Part shown: piece after piece, positions 42,735 to 52,777 of the stretch
Position numbering within the stretch: the stretch's first letter is position 1
Layout: every line of letters begins with the position of its first letter
Position numbers and translations under genes: made by a program
The notes under the pieces: model-generated
Database searches by the model: none
Told to the model about the DNA's origin: nothing
The model's input: the letters and a program-made list of their open reading frames with translations, nothing else
Assembly (NCBI GenBank): GCA_964506125.1
Contig: CAZDKV010000002.1
Coordinates: 10,924 to 74,923 of the forward strand
Origin: an uncultured Candidatus Nanopelagicus sp.
Lineage (GTDB): Bacteria > Actinomycetota > Actinomycetes > Nanopelagicales > Nanopelagicaceae
Direction of reading: 5' to 3'
DNA length: 64,000 nucleotides

Positions 42735-42788
42735 CTATCGAGTATTTAAACCCATAATTCTCAGATTGGCAACCCTTAGGATTAAGGC

Positions 42789-43445
42789 GTGTTCCTCGCA
42801 GATGCCATCCCATCCAGGCTCTGGGAGTACCTAATAGCCACCATTTTGATCATTCTCGCCCCTGGTCCCTCAGTTCTATTCACCATAGCCCGAGCTATCG
42901 CCTGGGGCAGAGTGGCAGCGATTGCCACCGTAATCGGAAATGCCGCAGGCATGTTTCTGGTCTCCATTTTGGTAGCTCTTGGTCTGGGTCCGATTTTGCA
43001 AAGCTCTGAGCTTTTTTATCACGGCATCCAATGGGCCGGTGGTGGGTATTTAATTTACCTGGGGTATGCCGCAATTGCTGCAAGTAAAGCCCACTCGGAG
43101 GATCTACAAAATACTGATGGGGCAAAGCCATCCTTTTTCACCTCAATTAAAAATGGTTTTTGGGTTGGCACATTAAATCCAAAATCAATAGTTTTTTTCG
43201 CAGCGATTTTGCCACAATTTGTCGACCAAGAAAAAAACAATGTAACTGCTCAATTACTTCTGCTGGGCGGGATATTTGCCTTAGTTGCTCTGATATCAGA
43301 TGGTGCTTATGGACTGCTAGCTGGCACGATAAGAAGTTGGTTATCAGGTGATGTTAGAAGATTGATATTTATGCGCAGATTTGGTGGGGTAGTGATGATT
43401 GGCCTTGGCGTATTTACCATTTTTTCAGCAGTAATTATTGGCTAG
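42789..43445 (+). CDS. LysE/RhtB family exporter
   Basis: ILAPGPSVL, YLIYLG, TLNPKSIVFF. Confidence 0.9.
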   Translation: MFLADAIPSRLWEYLIATILIILAPGPSVLFTIARAIAWGRVAAIATVIGNAAGMFLVSILVALGLGPILQSSELFYHGIQWAGGGYLIYLGYAAIAASKAHSEDLQNTDGAKPSFFTSIKNGFWVGTLNPKSIVFFAAILPQFVDQEKNNVTAQLLLLGGIFALVALISDGAYGLLAGTIRSWLSGDVRRLIFMRRFGGVVMIGLGVFTIFSAVIIG

Positions 43446-43478
43446 CCTCTCCTGTTGCTTCGTGGCGATCTAGCCATT

Positions 43479-43500
43479 TGTCGGTAGTAAGGGGCAGACT
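43479..43500 (+). promoter_or_regulatory. RecA-NDp/PafBC-type promoter motif
   Basis: TGTCGG-N10-CAGACT (consensus TGTCRG-N10-TAnnnT, one mismatch). Confidence 0.6.
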
Positions 43501-43562
43501 TGTACTACCTAACACCAACATCAGGCACTTACCTTTAAAGTGCGCAACGGAAAAGAGAGATC

Positions 43563-44255
43563 ATGGCTTCATCAAATGCAGTTGGAAATGCTCGCGAATT
43601 TATCTCCCCATCAGATTTAACATTTTCTTGGGGATCATGCCATCGCTGCCTATGGCTTAATTACAACCATGGCCTTCGCACGCCAGGATTTATGCCGTTA
43701 GTGGGCGATCTTGCAAATATGCAGGAAAATTACTTTGCCGGTAAAAGTTGCGCCGATATTGCACCGGTTCTGCCTGAGGGAAAGGTGGCGGATTTAGGTG
43801 GTTGGGTTAAGTCAGCTTTAATTGATGTAAATGGCAGCACCAGTAAGTATGCAATCCGTGGCAAATACGATCTATTAATTGAGTTTGCAGATGGTACATA
43901 TGGCATAGTTGATTGCAAATTTCAAGCAAAAGACTCTGACAAAACAGATCTTTATCAGCCACAACTTGAAGCGTATGCATTTGCACTCGAAAACCCAGCA
44001 ACTGGTGCACCTAAAAAAGTATCACTAATGGGACTTTTAGTTTGGTCACTGCTTGAACCAGCAGGTGATGTTAATAAAGGTTTTGGTTTGAAGTTGAAGC
44101 ACACCTGGCGGCCAATTGAGCGAAATCCCGCCGCACTTGCAGTTCGCTTAACTGATTTTATAACGGTAGTAAGTTCACAGATGCCGGCTGCTAAAGACAA
44201 CTGCGATATGTGTAATTACCTAACCCAGCGACGTGAATTTATCGGTGCGCAGTAA
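43563..44255 (+). CDS. PD-(D/E)XK nuclease, Cas4/AddB-like
   Basis: ISPSDL..CHRC, RGKYD, IVDCK, QLEAY, C-terminal CDMC. Confidence 0.85.
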   Translation: MASSNAVGNAREFISPSDLTFSWGSCHRCLWLNYNHGLRTPGFMPLVGDLANMQENYFAGKSCADIAPVLPEGKVADLGGWVKSALIDVNGSTSKYAIRGKYDLLIEFADGTYGIVDCKFQAKDSDKTDLYQPQLEAYAFALENPATGAPKKVSLMGLLVWSLLEPAGDVNKGFGLKLKHTWRPIERNPAALAVRLTDFITVVSSQMPAAKDNCDMCNYLTQRREFIGAQ

Positions 44256-44966
44256 TTAAACATCATCCTCATCAAAATCAATCTTTTCTTTGAGGCTCTT
44301 TTTAATGGCATCCTTGGCATCTGAGGCGTACATATGTGGCACATACTCTTGTTTGGAAAGCTCAGCAATTTTTTCCATAAGCTGATTGGTGGCACTTCTT
44401 AAAACTGTCTGATCAGTTGAATCACCTGTGAAATACATTGGCTCACCAAATACCATCTCCACCCGTCTTACCTTTGGTACCACCTGGCCAGTAGGTTGAA
44501 TCTCTGCAGTGTTAAACATGGCAACTGGCACAACTGGCGCACCTGACTCTATTGCCATTCGAGCAATTCCAGTACGACCTTTGTACAGCCGGCCATCTGG
44601 AGATCTAGTTCCCTCTGGATAAATTCCGATGCAGTGCTGCTCACGAAGTAATCTCAGCCCAGTCAAAATTGCAGCCTCACTTCGCTTGCCACCAGATCTA
44701 TCAATTGGCACCTGGCCTAATGCAATAAAGGTTAGTTTTTTGATCAAACCCTTCAAGCCAGGTGAGGTGAAGTACTCACTCTTTGCCAAGAAGGTGACAT
44801 TTCGCGGCACAACCAACGGCATAAATATTGAGTCACTAAAGGAAAGATGATTGGAGGCAATAATCACCGGGCCTGAACTTGGTACATGTCTTAATCCAGT
44901 TACCTTAGGACGAAATATAAACATCAAAAGTGGGATCAAAAATGACTTTAAGAGCTTGTATGGCAT
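44256..44966 (-). CDS. plsC: 1-acyl-sn-glycerol-3-phosphate acyltransferase
   Basis: NHLSFSD, YPEGTRS. Confidence 0.9.
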   Translation of the reverse strand: MPYKLLKSFLIPLLMFIFRPKVTGLRHVPSSGPVIIASNHLSFSDSIFMPLVVPRNVTFLAKSEYFTSPGLKGLIKKLTFIALGQVPIDRSGGKRSEAAILTGLRLLREQHCIGIYPEGTRSPDGRLYKGRTGIARMAIESGAPVVPVAMFNTAEIQPTGQVVPKVRRVEMVFGEPMYFTGDSTDQTVLRSATNQLMEKIAELSKQEYVPHMYASDAKDAIKKSLKEKIDFDEDDV

Positions 44967-45010
44967 AGGGATAATTTAGTGGCTAAGCCAATCTATGACA
45001 CCATTCGAGC

Positions 45011-46120
45011 GTGAATTCCATTCCAAACTCAGCTGGATTTACCCTTCCGGGTGGAAAAATTGGAGTTCTGGTTATCCATGGTTTCACCAGTACTCCAATC
45101 AGCATTGCACCTTGGGCAAAGTTTTTACATAGCGCCGGCTACACAGTTGCTGCACCACTTCTTCCTGGGCATGGCACAACTTGGCAGCATATGAATAAGA
45201 CAACTTGGCAACATTGGTATGAAGAGGTTGAAAATTCTTTTCTGCAATTAAAGCAAAGTTGTGATCGAGTATTTATCGCTGGTTTTTCGATGGGTGCCAC
45301 GTTGGCTTTAAGACTTTGCCAGATCAGAGGCTCCGAGGTCGAGGGCTTAATTGTTCTAAATCCATCAATTCACGATAAAAGATGGTTTATGAAATTTGTA
45401 CCAGTATTAAAGTATTTAATAGGTTCAGTCGGTAAAGGACCAACCGATGTAGCCGCGCCAAATCCGCCACACCACTCCTATAAAAGAACTCCGCTCAAGG
45501 CGCTTGATTCACTTCGTCAACTATGGAAATTAGTACACCGTGATCTTTACCTAATTGATCTGCCAATTATGGTGGCTTATTCGGTAAATGATAATGCGGT
45601 TGATCCAGAGAATTCAATGACGGTAATTGATAATGTATTTTCAGTAGATATCCGAGAGGTAGCTTTTGAAAACTCATATCACAATGTTGCACTTGATTTT
45701 GATGCGCAACAGTTAAACATTGAAAGCAAGATATTTATCGAAGATGTTTTATCTGGCGCAGTAAAACGTGGCTCTGATTTTAATGAAAATGATTTAGTCG
45801 ATGCTGAGTTTGAATCAATAGTCTCAGGTCTTTCCTTGGATCAATCCTCACCCACTACCTATTTAGATGAGCTAGATCGAATCGATCAATCAAACAGATT
45901 TATTCCGCCTAATCCAGGCAAAATCAAACTAGATCAGATGCAACGAACCTCGGTTGTTACTTTTTTAGGATCTGGTGCCTATCTGCTGCTTTACTGGTTC
46001 ACTGATTTTGAATTTATTGGCGTGTGGCCCGCTGTGCTTGGTTTTCTATCCTCTGTTGCAATAATTATTTGGCGAACCGCTCGAAAAGAGGATGATTTTG
46101 AAGATGGGGCTAGCCTCTAA
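45011..46120 (+). CDS. Alpha/beta carboxylesterase fused to a C-terminal two-TM domain
   Basis: HGFT, GFSMG, Asp and His of the triad; tail DAEFESIV...FIPPNP plus two TM helices. Confidence 0.85.
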   Translation: MNSIPNSAGFTLPGGKIGVLVIHGFTSTPISIAPWAKFLHSAGYTVAAPLLPGHGTTWQHMNKTTWQHWYEEVENSFLQLKQSCDRVFIAGFSMGATLALRLCQIRGSEVEGLIVLNPSIHDKRWFMKFVPVLKYLIGSVGKGPTDVAAPNPPHHSYKRTPLKALDSLRQLWKLVHRDLYLIDLPIMVAYSVNDNAVDPENSMTVIDNVFSVDIREVAFENSYHNVALDFDAQQLNIESKIFIEDVLSGAVKRGSDFNENDLVDAEFESIVSGLSLDQSSPTTYLDELDRIDQSNRFIPPNPGKIKLDQMQRTSVVTFLGSGAYLLLYWFTDFEFIGVWPAVLGFLSSVAIIIWRTARKEDDFEDGASL

Positions 46121-47075
46121 CTAAATCTGCAGCTCCAATTAAGCCAGCATCATTTCCATGTCTGGCTGCAATGATTTTTGGTAACAAATGTGTGCCAGCA
46201 AATGGCATGTACTTTTCCATCGCACTTCTAACTGGGGTTAAGAATAATTCACCAGCCTCAACTACTCCGCCGCCAACCACAATCGCCTGCGGATCAAGTA
46301 ACAGTGTGTAAGAGGCACAGGCACTTCCTAACCAATCAGCTTGTTTATTAAATGCTGATATCGCTAATTGATTTCCATCTTTAGCAGCCTGCGTCAAAAT
46401 CGACCCAGTTAGATCTGCCAAATTACCCCCACACAACGCCAATAACTCTTTACCCTGAGTTGGGTCTGCAGCTATCGCCTCTTTGGCATAGCGCATTAAT
46501 GCACTCCCAGAGGCATACTGCTCGATACAGCCAAACGCACCGCAACCACATTGCAAACCATTTGGTTGCACAATCATGTGGCCAAACTCTGCGCCAATTC
46601 CATTTGCGCCCCGAAATAATTTTCCATCCACTACCAGGCCGCCGCCCATGCCAGTTCCAATTATGAAGAAAATTACTGGATTTAAACCCTGGGCATTACC
46701 AAATTTGTACTCCGCCCACATCGCAGCATTTGCATCATTCTCGGCGATTACCGGCAGATTGAAAACTTTCTTTAACTCAGCAACAAAGTTTAATTTACTT
46801 AAATTTGCAATATTAGGAGCGCCAACAATTGTGCCCTGATCTTTAGAGATTAATGCAGCAACACTTATTCCAATTCCAGCAATTTGATGTTTGGCTTGAA
46901 ACTCTTTTATTAAATCGATAATTGTGGCAATCAACTCTTGGCCACCAGTTACTGGTGTGGGTCGCCTAGCCGAGTCAATTATCCGTCCGCTGCTATCTAC
47001 TACCCCACCTAAGACCTTGGTGCCACCAATATCAATGCCAATTGTTAAAGCTGAATTTGGAATATTGATGCTCAA
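46110..47075 (-). CDS. glk: ROK family glucokinase
   Basis: GIDIGGTK, ENDANAA, EFGH, CGCGAFGCIE. Confidence 0.92.
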   Translation of the reverse strand: MSINIPNSALTIGIDIGGTKVLGGVVDSSGRIIDSARRPTPVTGGQELIATIIDLIKEFQAKHQIAGIGISVAALISKDQGTIVGAPNIANLSKLNFVAELKKVFNLPVIAENDANAAMWAEYKFGNAQGLNPVIFFIIGTGMGGGLVVDGKLFRGANGIGAEFGHMIVQPNGLQCGCGAFGCIEQYASGSALMRYAKEAIAADPTQGKELLALCGGNLADLTGSILTQAAKDGNQLAISAFNKQADWLGSACASYTLLLDPQAIVVGGGVVEAGELFLTPVRSAMEKYMPFAGTHLLPKIIAARHGNDAGLIGAADLVRG

Positions 47076-47510
47076 TTAATTTTCCAGTTTTTCCTTTAAC
47101 TGTTTCAAGGTTAAATCAATAGTTGCTTTCTCAGCCTTTGTGCGCATCATCTCTGGCACTGGCATGGAAAGTGCAACTGTTAATTCAAAGGTGACCTCAG
47201 TTTCATCACCATTGTCTTTAACGATGTAAGCACCACTCATATCTGTTAAAAGATCAGCATCCTCAAGTGAGTAATCCACTCGATCTGGATAGCCAGACCA
47301 ATCAAAATTTAAGGTCGGCTTATCTTTCAATGCACCAGCATCGACGGTGAACTTTGCCTGAGTGGCCCGACCATCGCCATTTGAGGATAGAACGGTGACA
47401 GCCTTAAATGATGTGGACCAGGTTGGAAAGTTTGCAATATCAAATAAAACAGCCCGCACATCATCTGCGGAGGCTGCAATTGTTATGGTTGAGGTAGTTG
47501 GATTAGACAT
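47076..47510 (-). CDS. SRPBCC/cyclase family protein
   Basis: STITIAASADDV, GRATQAKF, KAEKATID. Confidence 0.8.
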   Translation of the reverse strand: MSNPTTSTITIAASADDVRAVLFDIANFPTWSTSFKAVTVLSSNGDGRATQAKFTVDAGALKDKPTLNFDWSGYPDRVDYSLEDADLLTDMSGAYIVKDNGDETEVTFELTVALSMPVPEMMRTKAEKATIDLTLKQLKEKLEN

Positions 47511-47610
47511 AGCGCTAGGTTACCCTGAAGTAGCAACCCCTTTTAGCCCTCTTCCTGAGAGTTCTGGCTTGGTTCTAGCGCAAATATCTGCGAGCCAGTA
47601 GCGTGGGGCT

Positions 47611-49395
47611 ATGAACGAGATAACTATTCCAGCATTAATTCCAGCCCCAGTTGCGGGTAATTTAACAAATCTAATTTCAGAAAGAGCTCACTTTGAGCCT
47701 GAGCGGGTAATCGTCTCTCGCCCACTTGGTGATGGATGGCAAGCAGTTACCGCCAAGGAGTATGAAGAGGAAATCAAAGCAGTTGCCAAGGGCTTAATTG
47801 CATCTGGCATCTCATTTGGCGATCGCGTTGCGATCATGGCAAAGACTCGTTATGAATGGACTGTTTTAGATTTTGCCATTTGGTATGCCGGAGCAGTTCC
47901 AGTTCCAATTTATGAAACCTCTAGCGCTGAGCAGGTGGAGTGGATATTGACTGACTCCGCTGCTGTTGCAATTATTGTTGAAACACCTGCGTTGGCAGAG
48001 TTGGTTCAACCAGTTCTACCTTCTACATGTAAGCATGTTTGGAATATTACCTATAACGCACTAGCTACCTTAACTCATGAAGGAAAAAATGTTAGTGATG
48101 ATGAAATTACAAAGCGTCGAGAGAAGTTAAAGCCGGAAACTCTTGCCACATTAATTTACACATCAGGTACAACAGGTAAGCCAAAAGGTGTGCAATTAAC
48201 ACATGGAAACTTCTTATCTGAGTGTGGAAATGTTGTAAATGGTGCAAGTGATCTATTCCTAAAACCTGGTGGTTCAACACTTCTATTTTTACCAGTAGCT
48301 CACGTATTTGGTCGTATGGTTCAAATTGGTTCAATCACTGCCGGATTACATCTTGCCCATTGCAGTGATCTAACTAAATTACCAACAGATTTAGCATCAT
48401 TTAAGCCAACCTTCGTTTTGGCAGTGCCACGTATATTTGAAAAGGTTTACAACGGTGCTGAGGCAAAGGCACAAGCAGCTGGAAAGGGAAAGATTTTCCA
48501 TAAAGCTGCTGAGGTTGCAATTGCATATAGCAAGGCACTTGATACTAAGAAGATTTCACCTCTTCTAAAATTACAACACGGGTTATTTGATAAATTGGTT
48601 TATGTAAAGATCCGCACTGGTCTGGGCGGACGAGTAGAGGCGGCAATTTCAGGCGGTGCACCACTTGGTGAGCGCCTTGGCCACTTCTATCGTGGCGCTG
48701 GCATCCGTGTATTAGAGGGTTATGGTTTAACTGAAACCACAGCTGGTGCAACTTTGAACTTAACAAAGTCACACAAAGTCGGATCAGTTGGCAAGCCAAT
48801 TCCTGGAACTACTATCAAGATCGCCGAAGATGGCGAGGTTTTGATAAAGGGTCCAATTGTTATGCAAGGTTATTGGCAAAATGATGCCGCTAACAAAGAG
48901 GTATTTACCTCAGATGGATACTTTAAATCAGGAGATCTAGGAAAGATCGACGATGAGGGATATCTATCAATTGTTGGCCGTAAGAAGGAGTTGATTGTGA
49001 CAGCAGGTGGTAAGAATGTCGCACCTGCCGTATTAGAAGACAGATTGCGTTCACATCCACTTATTAGCCAATGCATGGTGGTTGGCGACAACAAACCATT
49101 TATTGCAGCTTTGATCACTATTGATCCAGATGCAATTAAGCCATGGGCGGTTGCAAATAAAAAAGAGGGTGCCTCGATTGCTGATTTAGCTAAGGATCCA
49201 ACCTTGCAAGCTGTTATTCAAACTGCAGTTGATGAAACCAATAAAGCAGTAAGTAGAGCTGAATCAATTAGAAAGTTCACAATTTTACCGGTCGACTTCA
49301 CAATCCCTGGCGGTCAATTAACTGCCAAGTTATCCGTGAAGCGACATGTAGTTTCGCAGCAATTTGCTCGCGAGATTGATGAACTCTTCGCCTAA
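47611..49395 (+). CDS. fadD: Long-chain fatty acid-CoA ligase
   Basis: YTSGTTGKPKG, GYGLTET, GRKKELIVTAGGKNV. Confidence 0.93.
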   Translation: MNEITIPALIPAPVAGNLTNLISERAHFEPERVIVSRPLGDGWQAVTAKEYEEEIKAVAKGLIASGISFGDRVAIMAKTRYEWTVLDFAIWYAGAVPVPIYETSSAEQVEWILTDSAAVAIIVETPALAELVQPVLPSTCKHVWNITYNALATLTHEGKNVSDDEITKRREKLKPETLATLIYTSGTTGKPKGVQLTHGNFLSECGNVVNGASDLFLKPGGSTLLFLPVAHVFGRMVQIGSITAGLHLAHCSDLTKLPTDLASFKPTFVLAVPRIFEKVYNGAEAKAQAAGKGKIFHKAAEVAIAYSKALDTKKISPLLKLQHGLFDKLVYVKIRTGLGGRVEAAISGGAPLGERLGHFYRGAGIRVLEGYGLTETTAGATLNLTKSHKVGSVGKPIPGTTIKIAEDGEVLIKGPIVMQGYWQNDAANKEVFTSDGYFKSGDLGKIDDEGYLSIVGRKKELIVTAGGKNVAPAVLEDRLRSHPLISQCMVVGDNKPFIAALITIDPDAIKPWAVANKKEGASIADLAKDPTLQAVIQTAVDETNKAVSRAESIRKFTILPVDFTIPGGQLTAKLSVKRHVVSQQFAREIDELFA

Positions 49396-49948
49396 TTCAG
49401 AACGAACTCGACTTGCTCGAGAGCTTCATGATGGTTTGGCTCAAGAACTCGCTGCATTTGGTTATCGACTTGATTCGGTAATTGGTGATGATAATTTAGA
49501 TAGTAAGAATCGATCCACGCTCCGTGAACTTCGCCTATCGCTTTCAGCAATTATCAATCAGGTAAGAGATGAAATATACGCATTAAGAAGTGAAAATCGC
49601 AAAAGTTTTTATCAACAGGTATCAGAACAAATTCAGGCTCTGTTAAGCGACTCATCCATAACCCATGAAGTAAGTGGTGAAACCTCTATCGATCCTGCAA
49701 ATCAATTTGAATTGCTTCGAGTCATTCGTGAGTTGGTGATAAATGCAAAACGTCACTCCAAATGCAATGTGATCAAAATTTTATTGATGCCATCAGAGAT
49801 TACGATCTCAGATGATGGTGCAGGAGGTGTATCGGATAAGAACAACTCCTTTGGAATGACTGGAGTCTCTGAGCGACTTGCTTTAATTGGTGCAAAGATG
49901 AAAATAGACTCAACCTCTGCTGGCACCTTGGTAAAAATTGCTTTTTGA
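49379..49948 (+). CDS. HisKA_3 histidine kinase with no sensor domain
   Basis: ERTRLARELHDGLAQ, N box INAKRHS, DDGAG, FGMTG. Confidence 0.85.
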   Translation: MNSSPNSERTRLARELHDGLAQELAAFGYRLDSVIGDDNLDSKNRSTLRELRLSLSAIINQVRDEIYALRSENRKSFYQQVSEQIQALLSDSSITHEVSGETSIDPANQFELLRVIRELVINAKRHSKCNVIKILLMPSEITISDDGAGGVSDKNNSFGMTGVSERLALIGAKMKIDSTSAGTLVKIAF

Positions 49949-49949
49949 T

Positions 49950-50558
49950 ATGAAAGTACTTTTAGTTGATGACCACGCCCTAATCAGATCCGGTGTGGCA
50001 TCTGCCCTTGCACAAAAAAATCTTGAGGTTGTTGCTGAAGCATCAAGTGTGCGCCAAGGGCTTGCAATGTTAAACACCTATAAACCTGAAATTACTTTAG
50101 TTGATATTAATCTGGGTGGCGGCAGCGGGATTGATTTAATCAAGCAAGCAAAAAAGGATGGTAGTGCAAGTAAATTTGTTGTATTAACAATGCATGATGA
50201 CAATCAAACTCTTGAATTGGCCAAAGCAGCAGGTGCTTGCGCATTTGTTACTAAGTCAGCCCCTACCGAAAGCCTCCTTGATGTCATTCAAAGTGTGGCC
50301 GCAGGTGTAGATTCTTTTTTGAAGGCGGGTCAGATTAATCAAACTAAAGAAAGTAAGAATTTTGAATTAACTCCTAGAGAGTTAGAGATTCTCTCGCTTT
50401 TACCATCTGGAGCTACAGCAAATGCGATAGGTGCGGTACTTTTTTTAACTGAAGCCACAATCAAAACTCATTTGGCTAATATTTATCGAAAACTAGGAGC
50501 AACAAATCGGGCTCAAGCTGTTGCAATTGGGATAGAAAATAATTTAATCACGAAGTAG
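49950..50558 (+). CDS. NarL/LuxR response regulator
   Basis: LVDDH, LVDINL, LTPRELEIL HTH. Confidence 0.92.
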   Translation: MKVLLVDDHALIRSGVASALAQKNLEVVAEASSVRQGLAMLNTYKPEITLVDINLGGGSGIDLIKQAKKDGSASKFVVLTMHDDNQTLELAKAAGACAFVTKSAPTESLLDVIQSVAAGVDSFLKAGQINQTKESKNFELTPRELEILSLLPSGATANAIGAVLFLTEATIKTHLANIYRKLGATNRAQAVAIGIENNLITK

Positions 50559-51701
50559 TAGGTGATTAAACTCTTTTGACCAACTACTTAGCTGCCACTT
50601 ATCAATCACCCATCCTCTGCCGGCTTGACCCATCTGCTTTGCTGCCTGTGGATTTTCAAGTAATTCACAAATTTTTTCAGCGATCTCATCAGAATTGCTG
50701 CCATCAACTAAAACTCCAGTGACTTTATCTAGCACTGCATCTACTGCTCCCCCTGAGTTTCCCACCACCACCGGCAATCCGCAGGCACTAGCTTCTAGAT
50801 AGACAATGCCAAGTCCTTCAACCTCTAATCCAGAAAATCTTGATCGAACCGGCATGGCAAAGATTTCACCAAGACATATGTAATCTGGCAGTTCATGATG
50901 AGAAACCCTTCCGGCAAAATGAACCTTTGTTAACACACCTAACTGTTTGGCCGAATTAAATAGCATCTGTTTTATTGGTCCTTCACCAACTAATAACAAA
51001 ATAGCATCTGGAAATTTTTCTAATATTTTGGGCATCGCTTTGATTAACTGATCTTGCCCTTTTCGATGAACCAATCGTCCAACCGAGACAATAACCCGCC
51101 GGCCATCTAATTGATACCTTTGAATCAAATCACTTCTTGGTGGTTTAGGCGTGAAGTGATTTGTATCTATGCCAGGGGCAATCTGCACAAACTTTTCTGG
51201 TTGATCACTTACTTTGATAATTTCACTCTTGGTAAAATCACCTAAATAACCTAGATGATCAACATCTTTAACTATCTTCTTTAGCAAGCTTTTTAGAGGT
51301 GGGATCTTGGCCCACCACACCTCATGGCCATGTGATAGCGCCAAAATATTGGTGGCACCTGCTGCTCGAAGTGTGCCAGCCATTAATCCAAGTGGTGCTG
51401 CTGCGCCAAACCAGAGATTTTTAGCGCCACTTTGCTTAAGAATTTTTACTGCTCGGCGAGTAATTCGTGGGGTTGGCAATAAAATTTTTGCTCGATCTCT
51501 TATTACTACAGCGCCAAATTTATCAAGTAGCTGTTTATCAAACTCTTTATAGCCTTGTTGGGTAGATGTGTAAACAATCAAGGAATTTTTAGGTAATCCT
51601 TCAATTAAACCAAGTACAAATGTCTCTATGCCACCAGCCCTAGGCCCTAAGTCATTGGTGACTAGCAGTACCTTTTGTTGATTAGAGACGGCGTGCTCCA
51701 A
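50544..51701 (-). CDS. GT4 glycosyltransferase (PimB-like mannosyltransferase)
   Basis: TNDLGPRAGGIE, RLVHRKGQD, EGLGIVYLEA. Confidence 0.88.
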   Translation of the reverse strand: MEHAVSNQQKVLLVTNDLGPRAGGIETFVLGLIEGLPKNSLIVYTSTQQGYKEFDKQLLDKFGAVVIRDRAKILLPTPRITRRAVKILKQSGAKNLWFGAAAPLGLMAGTLRAAGATNILALSHGHEVWWAKIPPLKSLLKKIVKDVDHLGYLGDFTKSEIIKVSDQPEKFVQIAPGIDTNHFTPKPPRSDLIQRYQLDGRRVIVSVGRLVHRKGQDQLIKAMPKILEKFPDAILLLVGEGPIKQMLFNSAKQLGVLTKVHFAGRVSHHELPDYICLGEIFAMPVRSRFSGLEVEGLGIVYLEASACGLPVVVGNSGGAVDAVLDKVTGVLVDGSNSDEIAEKICELLENPQAAKQMGQAGRGWVIDKWQLSSWSKEFNHLLLRD

Positions 51702-52683
51702 TATACGGTTTCTTTCCCATATTCATATTTGCAATTTTTACCCGACTTCCTGATCTAGGTGCATGCAACATTCGATCTGGTCCAAGGTAAATAGCAACAT
51801 GTGAAATTGGCTTACCAAAAAAGACTAGGTCACCTGGTTGTAAATCATTTTTTGCAACCGGTTTGCCATATCGATATTGCGCCCTAGAGGAGTGAGGCAG
51901 TGAAACACCGGCTGCTGCAAATGCTCGCATAGTCAGACCAGAGCAATCCCAATAGGTAAGCCCATCGGCGCCAAAGACATACTTATCACCAATCTGTGCG
52001 AGCGCATATTTGATTGCAACTCCACCTCGACCAGAAACACCCGAGTACTTACCAGCATCACTTAATGATTGCTTTTGATCAGCATCCTCTTCATCCTCAG
52101 TTAACTTAGCAAGCCGCTCTCGCTCAGCTGCAGTTAACTTAGCAAGAAGTGCCTCAGCCTCCTTTAACTTTGAATTAGCTAAGGCTAATTGCCTTGTAAA
52201 TTTTGCTTCGGCAGCTTTTACCATTGCTAATTTATCTGCCACAGTCAATGAAGTGGCATTTAATCGTTGTGTTGCCACCGAGAATTTCTTTAAATCCTCA
52301 GTCTTTTGTCTAGTTACCGCCTCTAGGGATCCAGCTGCAGATAGATAGAGGCTTGGATCGGTAGAGAACAACAACTCAAGTGATTGACTAAGCGGTCCAG
52401 ATTTATAACGTTCATTTGCAATTGCGCCGATAGATTTATTAAGTGCGGTGACTGAGGCACCCTGTTGACTTGCCTGTTGCTGTACTGAATCTAGGGTTTT
52501 CTTTAACTTTGCTAGCTGCACCTTTGCCTCTTGGGCACCTTCAGCTGCAGTAGTGGCTTGCTCTTGCAGATCTCGAACCCGGCCCTGCACCTCAATCAAA
52601 TTAGGCGCAGCATTTGCTGAGATTGGAAAAAGTAGGCCAGAGGCGATTACCAAGGCAAAAACTGAACGCAAGTAGTAACGCAT
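51682..52683 (-). CDS. NlpC/P60 peptidoglycan endopeptidase with coiled coil
   Basis: Signal peptide, coiled coil, DCSGL, PGDLVFF, HVAIY. Confidence 0.92.
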   Translation of the reverse strand: MRYYLRSVFALVIASGLLFPISANAAPNLIEVQGRVRDLQEQATTAAEGAQEAKVQLAKLKKTLDSVQQQASQQGASVTALNKSIGAIANERYKSGPLSQSLELLFSTDPSLYLSAAGSLEAVTRQKTEDLKKFSVATQRLNATSLTVADKLAMVKAAEAKFTRQLALANSKLKEAEALLAKLTAAERERLAKLTEDEEDADQKQSLSDAGKYSGVSGRGGVAIKYALAQIGDKYVFGADGLTYWDCSGLTMRAFAAAGVSLPHSSRAQYRYGKPVAKNDLQPGDLVFFGKPISHVAIYLGPDRMLHAPRSGSRVKIANMNMGKKPYIGARRL

Positions 52684-52777
52684 TCCGAAAGGCTAACCGC
52701 CTAAAGCGGCCAAACTCAACCCATCCCCAGCGTGCTCGGCTGAGAATTACCTAAAATTAATGAGATTTACCACCCAT

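Noticed and set aside
43478-43660. 60-aa ORF overlapping the nuclease start
   Set aside because: It begins inside the promoter motif and overlaps the nuclease gene out of frame; no coding support.
43563-44255. Possible CRISPR-Cas locus because of the Cas4-like gene
   Set aside because: No repeat-spacer array or other cas genes in the window.
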